A stretch of DNA of 64,000 nt from a virus, in the IMG/VR virus record IMGVR_UViG_3300033145_001096, positions 650-64,649 of that record. The stretch is one strand, 5' to 3'. Both the position numbers and the translations under genes were made by a program. The notes beneath the pieces were generated by a model. That model did no database searches and had not been told where the DNA came from. It saw only the letters and a program-made list of their open reading frames with translations. This document shows, piece after piece, positions 52,769-62,625 of the stretch (position 1 is the first letter of the stretch; every line of letters starts with the position of its first letter).

Positions 52769-55700
52769 TTACTCCTTATCTTTAAGCATATTATCAATAG
52801 TTTTTAAAGTTTCGCAATATTTACATAAATTATCATCTACTCTTAACTTATAATACTCATCAAATTCTTCTCCACATCTAAAACATTTAAACTTTTTCAT
52901 TCTAAACCTCCTTTTTATTTTCAGGGATAATTCCCCCACTCTCAAAAAATATTTTACGATAAGATAATCTCGTTTTAGCATTAATTAAATCTTCAATAAT
53001 AGACCATACCTTATCATTGCCCATTTCAGATATATTCTTTTTCATTTGAGTAATATTATTTAATTTAACAATATGAAATATATCTCTTAAATTATCAGTA
53101 TTTTGTAAATCCATTTCATTTCCGCACATAGGGCAGAGGCAATCTTCTTTGTCTATATTATCTAAACTGTCTAATATTTCTTTACTCTGTCCGCACTCTA
53201 TACATCTAAACGTAAGTTTTTCTAACATTTTAAATTCCTTTCCACTCTTATTAACTTAAAATTTAAATTCTTTATTTAATATGTCGGCATTTCTTCGCCA
53301 GTATAAAACTCATCTCTCATATTATCAATTTTGTTAAATTCTTCTTGTGTTAAATCCTTATCATCTAACAACCTGCTTAAAGCAAAGTATATTATTTCTG
53401 TTTCTGTTTTAGTAAGCTTAATATCTCTATAATATTTTCTCATTTTAGTTACCTCCTTATACTTGTTCAAATTCAACTTCCCACATATCACAAATAAATT
53501 CTTTTGTAAATTCACTATACTTTAACGTTCTTACATCATCTAAGCCCCAAAACCTCTGCCTTAAAGCATTAGCAGTCATAGGCTCGTCGTGTGTGTATCG
53601 TCCATAAAATTACAACCTTGTAAATCATTTATTCTATATAGTTTCATAATATTTATCTCCTTATTTTTTAACTTCATCTAACGTAAACAAATGTTTTTGT
53701 TCATATATTTTGCCTTTGTTTCCTCTACATTTTAAATAAATATGTGTTAACTCTTTTCCCATTATCGTTTCTACTGCATCAGCTTCTATTGTATATCCGC
53801 TTATTTGTAATTTTTTTATTGCTTTCGCTATTGTTCTGATGTGTTTATCTCTTGTTCTTTCAAAATCGCTTCTCATTGCCTTTCCTCCTAAAATTTTATA
53901 TTCAATACTTTTCTAAGGGTTAAGTTATATTCTTCTTTTGTTAAATAAGAATAAGAACGCAAAAACTCTTCTTCTGAAAGTATACAGAAGTCATACATTT
54001 TTTCTTTATCATCAGTAAAATCGTTAAACTTCATCTTGCCCCCCTTTGTTTATCCCTCAATATAAGTATACCCTATTCTTTATCAAAAGTCAATGCCCTA
54101 TGTTAAAATTTATTTACTGTATTACTGTATGCCAAGCTATCTCAATTACTTGCCAAGCACTAATATTTTCTTGTCCGTATTTTATCGCTTCTTTTTCTGT
54201 ATCAAATATTTTCTTATATCCGTCATCATCTGTTAAAATTTCAAGAGTAATTTCATCTAATATAATATATTTCATTTTATCCTCTCTTTCTTTTAGCTTT
54301 TGCAATTGCTTTCCCTCTTTCTTGAAAATCTAAATGACTTCTTACCATACAAGCATATTCGATAACTTCTATTAAAGTAAAGTCTTTTCTTTGTCTACTT
54401 CTAACTTCCCAATTTAATTGACGTTCTGCCAGTTTAAATAGATTAGTCATAATTTTATTCCTCCGCATTTTTAATAGCTTGTTCTACTGTGTTAAGCGTT
54501 TATTCTTCATTTTATAGACTCCTCTGTTTATCCCTCAATTTAACTATACATCATATAACATTAAAAGTCAAGCCCTCGCATATAAATTTTTATTTAAAGT
54601 GATATGATTATCTTCTTTAGCATTAGCGTATATTGTTATGATAGTTTTATTATTATCTATTACAAGGATAATATCGCAAGTCTGATATGCTATCCTATAA
54701 CAAGCCTTAATAATATTATTATCAAATTCATATACTTCGAAAATATCTTTAACATCTAAACTTAATTTACTAATAAAATATAACATACTCTTTATATCAT
54801 AACATCTATTTTTAATATTACTTATGCTATGCGGAGTATATCGCCAATTTAGAGCGTTGAGCCTATCATTAAAAGGCTTTAACTTTTCTTTTATAGTATC
54901 GGGAATATATATTTTTTTATGGTATCTATTCATTGTATCGCCTTATCTTTTAAATAAATTTTTTATAATATCTTCTTGCGTATCTGTTTGCAGTATCTTC
55001 TCTATTTTCAGATATAGTGTAATCCGTATCGCCTTTTAACCATTTTTTCAAACTCATTTTACTTGACTGTTTATAATGTGCCACTTCGTGGAGTAATGCG
55101 ATTAAATATCTATTTTTCTTTTCTTGTTTCGTGATATAAAAGTCCTTACTTGAAAATATTTTATCAATATGTTTAAAATTTATATTGATATGCCTGTCAA
55201 TTAGTTTTAATGGTCTTTTATAATAGTCTGTTATAAGACAAGTAATATCTTTTTTATTGCTTTTTATTTTAAGCCCTGTTAAACTCCTGCCTATTGTCTT
55301 TAATTTTTTGATATTCATTATATATAATCCTCTTTTATATAATAAAACCCTCTACCCTCTTTTCCATATGACATATATACTTTTTTATACCCGTTTTTAT
55401 CTAACATACATCGCAAAAATTCTTGAATAAGTCTTGAGCTATTATCTTCTTTTTTACTTGATAATTTATACAATATAATATTATCCATTATATAACCTCC
55501 TATATATTACCATATAAAATCAATAATACTTCTTGCTCATAGTCTTTAATACAGATATAACAGTTGTATCGCCATTTGTTTTTGCTCGTTTTATTTCTGT
55601 ATTTATTATCGCCTTGACTTTATTATTTTTAATTTTGCGATAAAGTTTCATTTCAAACCTCCATTTTAACTTCTTAACTTTACGCTTTATGTTCTTACGC

Positions 55701-56229
55701 TTAAAATCATCTTTACTTCTTAATAACAGTGTATCAGTCCATTGTCTACTCATTGTATAGCCTCTTTTATTTTACCACAATAAATACATTTAACTTCTTT
55801 TTGATAAACAGGTATAAATACCTTATGCCCACAAGAACATAAATACTCTTTAGCCCCTCCATACTCTTGCCTCTTAAAGCGTGTTATTGCGTGTATCTTG
55901 ATAAGTTTCATTTTAATACCTTTTTTTTTAATTTCGTTATATTCCATATAGAGTATATAGTCGTTGTCTTGTATACCTTTGTATGCCTCAACCACTATCA
56001 AGTAGTATCAAGGTGTATCAACTACTATTAAATGTCTTTTGCGTTATTCCCAGTAGTTTAAACAGTCCTTTTTTTCTTTTTCATTTAAGCAATCGCCCAG
56101 ACAACCTTTGTAATCTTCTTTTATCTCATCAATCATCATCTCATCATAACCAAGACAATCCGATAAATACCCGATAATCATTTTGTTAGTTAGCTTAATC
56201 ATTTTAACACCTCCGTTTAAAAAGAACAT
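52769..56229 (-). other. Cluster of small early-type hypothetical CDS (including 54568-54933, 54950-55318 with LHEVAH)
   Basis: ORF track; preceded by sigma70-type promoters. Confidence 0.55.
54543..54576 (-). promoter_or_regulatory. Sigma70-type promoter, second class (AGGGCTTGACTTTT...TATAGT)
   Basis: -35 54566-54571, -10 54543-54548; 14 bp shared with 56269-56282. Confidence 0.7.
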
Positions 56230-56249
56230 TTAACCTCTTAACCATTACA

Positions 56250-56282
56250 AGTATACACTATCTAAACAAAAAGTCAAGCCCT
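56250..56282 (-). promoter_or_regulatory. Sigma70-type promoter, second class, first promoter of the leftward block
   Basis: TTGACT 56272-56277, TATACT 56250-56255. Confidence 0.7.
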
Positions 56283-57470
56283 CCAGTAAAAATAATTAAA
56301 CTATAATAAAAATAAATAATAATGCTTAAACAAATACATTAAGATAAGTAATAAGATAACGAATAAAGACGTAATCGAGGCAATTCGAGGTTATTATTGA
56401 CGTAAGCTTAATGAGAGTAATGAGTTATAACGATTAAACAAAAAACGAAAGTGGAGAGAAAGCCCAATATGTGGAGCAAGAGGGAGTATTCACACTACAT
56501 AATAAGTAAACGCAAACGTCAACCTATACAGCGTATAGACTTATGGCAATTAAGGGCAGGGGTCGCTTTTAGCAAAAGCCCGATTATACCCTATTTATAA
56601 CCCCACTATACCCATTTAAAACGGTTTATAATCGTTTATAACCGATTAAAACACGTTATAATCCGAAAAACCGTTCGAAAACCTCGTAAATCACGCTAAA
56701 ACGCACGAAATAACGAATAACCGCACCAACCCTAAATTAATGCCTAAAGGCATTGCCAGCGAGCTCTTAGGAGCTCCTGGCTACCGTTCCGCCTCACATA
56801 CCTATCGCTTTTCGGAGCTTCTAACGAAGTCCTCAAAGCTCGCTTACGTTCGTTCTTAGGATTTAATTATAATATTATAATCAAACCTAAATTACGTTTC
56901 GTTCGATTGTAAATATATAGAGTCCATATTGTAAACTTACGGACGTTCGAATGACCCCGAACGGGTATATTATAACAATATTCATTACGTTTAATAGCAT
57001 AATTAAGGTGTTTTCGTTGATATTATACCCTATGGGTCGTATTTAGCTATAAGTTGTTTTATATAAAGGGATTACGAAAATATATAGAAGCAATTAGATT
57101 AATAACTCAAGTTTTCTACAAAAAAACAGATAATATCTCACTTATTGTTAATTTATCAGAAAGTGTATAAATTCTTATAATAAGTAGAGATTAAGTGATA
57201 ATCCCACAAAAACAAAGGCTATTTACGTGGAAAATAACAATATTAGTTACCTAACAGATTATCCTTATTATTGAAAGAAAGGTAGGTTTACGTTTTTTCA
57301 TGGATACTAAAAAGTTACATAAAAGAACGATAGTTCGTAATTGTATTAAGAAAACGGAGTTACATAAGTAGAATTGGGGTGAGACGTGTGGTAAACCAGG
57401 ATTGGGACGTGTCGAATTGTAACAAAGGATGGTAAGTGTGGACAGTATCCATGTGGAATTTCTTTGCCTG
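56283..57470. other. Long non-coding strand-switch region (candidate origin, pac site or genome end)
   Basis: No ORF of 60 aa or more; multiple hairpins; repeated TTATAA(C/T)C; C-rich left part, G-rich right part. Confidence 0.6.
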
Positions 57471-57514
57471 AATCGTTTATTTACTTGACTGAGCCTATGA
57501 AGATATGATATAAT
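57471..57514 (+). promoter_or_regulatory. Phage promoter, conserved family
   Basis: AATCGTTTATTTAC-TTGACT(57485-57490)-18-TATAAT(57509-57514). Confidence 0.85.
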
Positions 57515-57536
57515 AAAAATAAAAAGGAAATAACTT

Positions 57537-58373
57537 ATGATAGAATCATCAAATAAACAACGTATAGATAATATGATGTTTGAAACTAACAGAGCTATTT
57601 GTTCTCATTGTGGGGACCAAGTATACCCTAAATTTGTAGATTATAGAACCTGTAATTATGCAAACAAGCAGAGTAATATGTTATGGTGCAATAATTGTTA
57701 TAAAGGAGAAACAAGAATATTTTGGAGATATATAGATTAAATAAAGGAGTAATAAAATGTTCCCTACATTAGAAAATCAAGTAGCAGATTTAAAGAGTAG
57801 TCAGGAGTTGAAGAAGTTTGGTTATCCTCAGATAGGGTTATTTTGGTGGTGGATAAATAAACTTAGCACAAAGAGTATACCAACAGTTGTTTCCTACGGT
57901 GATAGTAAAATAAAAGAAGATTGGATAGTTATTACTGCCCCAACCTCAAGTGAGATAGGGTATTGGTTGCCTGAAAATATAAGAACACAAAGATATAAAG
58001 ATGGGTGGTTATGTTGGTCAACAAAAGAAAGTTTAAGTAAAAAAGCTAACACCGAAGTCCAAGCAAAAACAAATATGCTCCTCTACGGACTAAAGAATAA
58101 ACTATGGAAGTTTGAGAAAGGTAAATTGGCGGTATTATGAAAAAAGAAATAATTAAACAGATAGATGAGGGAATTGAAAGTATCAAGTATTGGTCAAAGG
58201 GAAAAGAGGATAATAGTTGTATATTGCTTGAAATGAATACTATCAAAACCATCCTTGCCTCTCTCAAGTTTGTGAAAGACATTGCAGAACTAAAGCCAAG
58301 AGGAATGGGGTTAATACTATCTAAGAACATAATTGATTTACAGGACAAGCTAAAAGAACTTATTGAAGAGTAG
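57537..58373 (+). other. Three hypothetical CDS (57537-57740, 57757-58140, 58137-58373)
   Basis: ORF track with SD motifs. Confidence 0.65.
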
Positions 58374-58610
58374 TATTACAAAATTAACCGCAAAAATAAA
58401 TACAAACTATAGTTAACTTATTGCTATTAAAGAAGTTATATACCTCATTTTTTACTACAAAAATACCCATTTCCTATCTAATCGCTTCAAAATAAAATAC
58501 ATTTACCTTCTTTAATTGCCTCAACTACTAATGAATTACTAATATCTACTAATTTAGTAGTTAATTATTTTGTTAAGTTTATAAAGAGTTAATTAAAGTT
58601 TTTTAAAATA

Positions 58611-58654
58611 AATCGTTTATTTACTTGACTCACCCCCTATATATATGATATAAT
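58611..58654 (+). promoter_or_regulatory. Phage promoter, conserved family
   Basis: AATCGTTTATTTAC-TTGACT(58625-58630)-18-TATAAT(58649-58654). Confidence 0.85.
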
Positions 58655-58740
58655 AAGAGTAGAAGGGGAAATAGGGTCTATTCTTATGTCTAAAATTTTT
58701 AAAAATATAAATTTAACTTTTTCACCATATCATCCCCAAA

Positions 58741-58778
58741 GGGTAGGTTATCAATTCTGACGACCTACCCTATTTTTT
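58741..58778 (+). terminator. Terminator-like hairpin in the 5' leader of the packaging operon
   Basis: GGGTAGGT...ACCTACCC 8-bp stem followed by TATTTTTT. Confidence 0.65.
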
Positions 58779-59047
58779 ATATATTAGCAAAAATAAGGTT
58801 AAACTATGAACAAAAAAGATTTTAAAGATTTATTAAAAAGTATTGACCAAGCAAGAATAATATATCTAATTCGAAAACTTAAAAAATACGAAGTTAAAGC
58901 TGATAATAAAGAAATGCCTTCTGGTTGGTATGTTGAAATAGACGATTTGCTTGAAGCAATAGAAAAAAATAAAGCTTAAATCTTAAACAAAGATACTAAA
59001 AGTCATACCTAAAAGTGTATAAAACGAACATTAAGTAAGGGCATAAA

Positions 59048-59935
59048 ATGAGCAAAAAAGAAAACCTCGCAGGTTCAAATAACCCTAACTATATAGATGG
59101 AAGAACTTTAAAACAATATTACTGCCCTTTTTGTGGTAAAATTTTGTCTTCTTATCAGTCTAAAATGTGCAGCTCTTGTGCAAGTAAAAAACAATGGGAA
59201 AACTTTCGCAAAGAGAGACCTCATCCAAAATGCATAGACTGTGGTAAGAAATTAAAAAGCACAAGAGCTATTCGATGTGGGTCTTGTGCAGCAAAGAAGA
59301 GATTTGAAAATCCGAAAAATAATCCTAATTATGTAGATGGTAAATACAGTAAGAAAAATTACTGCATAGACTGTGGATTGGAGATTAGCAAAGGAAAATC
59401 AAAAAGATGTGTAACGTGTGCCCAGAGGAAGAGATTTGAAACAGAAAGTAGTCCTATGAAAGACAAACGTCATAGTAAACAATCTCTGATAAAAATGAGT
59501 AATTCACAAAAAGGAAGAACGAAGCCTCCCCGTTCAAAACAACATCGAAAAAAATTAAGTATTTCGACAAGCAGAGCTTTAAAAGGGAAATGTGGCAAAG
59601 ATGCACGTAGGTATATAGATGGCAGAAGTTCTATTCGTAGTCGAGTTCATAGTTCATCAGAATACCAACAGTGGAGAATGGACTCTTTTAAAAGAGATAA
59701 TTACACTTGTCAAGAATGTGGAGAACGTGGTGGTAAATTAGAAGTTCATCATCACAAAAAACCTTTTGCTAAAATATTAGCCGAATTCTTAAAAATATAC
59801 GACCAATTCTCGCCAATAGAAGATAAAGAAATTTTAATAAGATTAGCAATAAAATACAAGTCTTTCTGGGACTCAGATAATGGGCAAACTTTATGCAAAG
59901 ATTGTCATGAATTAACTGATAATTATAAAAAATAG
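59048..59935 (+). CDS. HNH homing endonuclease with zinc-finger/NUMOD repeats
   Basis: CIDCG repeats; KRDNYTCQECG...LEVHHH...NGQTLCKDCH. Confidence 0.87.
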   Translation: MSKKENLAGSNNPNYIDGRTLKQYYCPFCGKILSSYQSKMCSSCASKKQWENFRKERPHPKCIDCGKKLKSTRAIRCGSCAAKKRFENPKNNPNYVDGKYSKKNYCIDCGLEISKGKSKRCVTCAQRKRFETESSPMKDKRHSKQSLIKMSNSQKGRTKPPRSKQHRKKLSISTSRALKGKCGKDARRYIDGRSSIRSRVHSSSEYQQWRMDSFKRDNYTCQECGERGGKLEVHHHKKPFAKILAEFLKIYDQFSPIEDKEILIRLAIKYKSFWDSDNGQTLCKDCHELTDNYKK

Positions 59936-59947
59936 AAAGATACCCAA

Positions 59948-60580
59948 ATGCCAAAAAACAACGGCTTTGACAGTGTTGGATTATCGTCCAAAGGAGAAAA
60001 ACGCTGGGCTAATAATAGATTTAAGGATTATCGCCAAAAATATCATATTGATAGTCTTAGCGATTTACAGCTTTTATCTGAGTTGGTTTTTTTCGAGGCT
60101 CTTCAGTTAAGGTATCGTAAATCAATCGAACAATTTTCAAATAGCATAACCACTTCTGATAATCCAAAAATACCCCAATCCGCTCTTAAAGCATTGAATG
60201 ATAACCTAAATCAGATAATAGTTTTAAAGAAGGAATTAGGACTTATTCGAGAAGATAAAACAGGGGACGACCCTTTTACTTATATTCAGACATTAAAAAA
60301 GAAATTCGCCAAGTGGCGTGAAAATAATCAGGGTTCAAGGACTATAAAATGCAGCCACTGTTCAAAAATGATATTGTTAAAAATCAAAACAGATATTTGG
60401 GAAGCACAGAAGCACCCCTATTTTAAAGACCAAGTATTATATTCTGAGCATTTAGTAAAATTATTTCAAGAAAAGAAGATTACAGAAGATGATATTGCTA
60501 AAATTTTAGGTTGTAGTAAATTCTACACAAAATGGCTAATAGAAAAATGGCACTCTGTTCCTGATAAACCTACCGATTAA
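59948..60580 (+). CDS. Putative terminase small subunit
   Basis: Position directly before terL, helical content, C-terminal HTH-like DIAKILGCS; mostly synteny. Confidence 0.4.
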   Translation: MPKNNGFDSVGLSSKGEKRWANNRFKDYRQKYHIDSLSDLQLLSELVFFEALQLRYRKSIEQFSNSITTSDNPKIPQSALKALNDNLNQIIVLKKELGLIREDKTGDDPFTYIQTLKKKFAKWRENNQGSRTIKCSHCSKMILLKIKTDIWEAQKHPYFKDQVLYSEHLVKLFQEKKITEDDIAKILGCSKFYTKWLIEKWHSVPDKPTD

Positions 60581-60804
60581 GTTTCTGTTACAATCCTCCA
60601 AAAATTTATTAGAAAGACAATTAAATGCCAACTAAATTAGTAGGTTCTTATAATATAAGGCTTATAAAAAGGGATAAATTTATTAATAAAGTATTAAAAT
60701 CTTTTCGTAAACAATTAATTAAACTTCTCCCTGAAGAAAATTACGAACTTATGTATGAAGATATTTTAGAATCTGTAAAAGAATTATTAACGGGGAAATA
60801 AAGA

Positions 60805-62394
60805 ATGATTATAGAAAAAATTACGGAGTCCGAGCTTCAATTCATGGAGAATTTCCATACGCCCCGATGTCTCGTCGAGAGCCTTTTTTCGGATTTCGAT
60901 AATCTTTCGGAATTCGATGAAAATGTTTTTGGCTCGCTCCGATTATACCAAATCCCATTTCTTTCTCATGAACCAATTATAGACGAAAAAGTTCCAGGGC
61001 TATCTGTAAAAGAACAATTCGCTTTAAGGAAGAATGTCGGCGATGGTTATAATTTTGGAGCCAGGAAATTTGGGAAAAGTTTGTGTTCTGAGAAGCTTGA
61101 CATTCCAATCTCAATTTTACATGATGATGGGTGGATGGTTGCATTTTCTTCTTATGATAGCGGACACATAGATGATATTTTGGATGTTGTAAAAGAAGCA
61201 GTAGAAAATCACCCGATAATAAAATATTGGAAAAGAGAAGTAAAAAAATCTCCTAAATGGAAAATAATGTGTAAAAACGGATGGAGGTTGTTCGGGGTCA
61301 ATATGAATGTCCTATCAAAAAATCCAGGTCATCAATTTTATGGATTGCATGTAAAAAAACTTTGGATTGAAGAAGATTCTCTGGAAACCTTAAAAGTTAT
61401 GGACAAACGTCAAGACAGTCTTTCTGAGTTAGGAGCTGTTTTACGTTTCAGCGGAATGTGCAATTTTACACGTCATTCTCCAGCAGGACAAACTTTTTAC
61501 GACCCTGATAACAAAGTTAAAGTTATTAATCTTCCGCAATATGTAAACCCATTATTTGACGAGAAAGATAATAAAGATAGGCTTAAACATTTTTCTGGTT
61601 CGGATTCTATAGGATATAAAATTTACGTTCGTGGAGAAGTGGTGGAAGACGGCGTATCAGAGTTCGACATGGATAGAGTAAAAAAATGTTACAATGAAAA
61701 AAAAGAAATAAAATCTTTTGAAATAAATAAAAAATCTTTTAATCGTTTTAAAAATATTATTGTAATCGAAAGACCATCTAATGCCGAACGAATTTTTGTT
61801 TGTTCGGATATTGGAGAGTCAGCAGGAAGTGATGTTATTATATTATCTGAAGTAGGAAATAAATATAATTATTTATATAATATAACATTATATAATCTTT
61901 CTCATATAGAACAAACTGAAATTTTTAAATGGATTATTAGTAAAATGAATGCTAATATAGTCGCCATTGAATGTGGCGATGGGACGGGTAGGGCGATATA
62001 CAGAGAACTTGCGGAAATTTACCCAAAAGAAAATTTAGTTGAATATAGAGGAACTTTTAAGTTAGCGGTTGATTTTGATAAAGACGAAAAAGGTAATGTT
62101 ATTATGAAAAAAGGTCAGCCTCAGTATTTAGAAGAATTTATGAGTGAGTTTTCTGTTAGTAGATTAAAGTCTTTGTTATATGAAAATCGTATAAACATTC
62201 CTATGAGTTATAAGTTTGATTCTCAATTTAGTCAAGTAATTTCTATACAATCTGGCTCAAGAAGAATTTATAAATGCATTGCTGAAGCGGACCATTTATT
62301 TGACAGTTTTCGGGTTTTCGCAATAGCACAGTGGACATGTAAAGATTTTAACCAAACCAAACCAATGGCACAAGATTGGGGTCTGGGGTGCTAA
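60805..62394 (+). CDS. terL: Terminase large subunit
   Basis: Walker A GARKFGKS, Walker B-like LWIEE, RNase H-type nuclease CSDIG...DHLFDS; followed by a portal-like gene. Confidence 0.8.
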   Translation: MIIEKITESELQFMENFHTPRCLVESLFSDFDNLSEFDENVFGSLRLYQIPFLSHEPIIDEKVPGLSVKEQFALRKNVGDGYNFGARKFGKSLCSEKLDIPISILHDDGWMVAFSSYDSGHIDDILDVVKEAVENHPIIKYWKREVKKSPKWKIMCKNGWRLFGVNMNVLSKNPGHQFYGLHVKKLWIEEDSLETLKVMDKRQDSLSELGAVLRFSGMCNFTRHSPAGQTFYDPDNKVKVINLPQYVNPLFDEKDNKDRLKHFSGSDSIGYKIYVRGEVVEDGVSEFDMDRVKKCYNEKKEIKSFEINKKSFNRFKNIIVIERPSNAERIFVCSDIGESAGSDVIILSEVGNKYNYLYNITLYNLSHIEQTEIFKWIISKMNANIVAIECGDGTGRAIYRELAEIYPKENLVEYRGTFKLAVDFDKDEKGNVIMKKGQPQYLEEFMSEFSVSRLKSLLYENRINIPMSYKFDSQFSQVISIQSGSRRIYKCIAEADHLFDSFRVFAIAQWTCKDFNQTKPMAQDWGLGC

Positions 62395-62396
62395 TT

Positions 62397-62594
62397 ATGA
62401 AACGCAAACTTACAAATTTTAAAGCAAAGAAAAAGAAAAGAATTAACTTTTATAAAAAACCTGAAAATATAAAAGCTACTTCTATAAAAATTAAATGCAC
62501 AAAATGTAAACGAATACAAAAAATAACAGTTAACGACTTATCCGTATATACAGAAGAAATTATTAATACATTTGTTTGTTGGAGATGTAGTTAA
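62397..62594 (+). CDS. Small zinc-ribbon protein
   Basis: CTKC...CWRC. Confidence 0.6.
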   Translation: MKRKLTNFKAKKKKRINFYKKPENIKATSIKIKCTKCKRIQKITVNDLSVYTEEIINTFVCWRCS

Positions 62595-62625
62595 AAAGGG
62601 ATAAAACTTTTAAAGGAGATTTAAT

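Noticed and set aside
120-56177. Plus-strand ORFs in the track within the minus-strand block (e.g. 120-302, 9887-10159, 21770-22135, 50697-51134, 52156-52362)
   Set aside because: Shadow frames antisense to well-supported genes; no SD and F/L/I/S-rich composition typical of AT-rich antisense.
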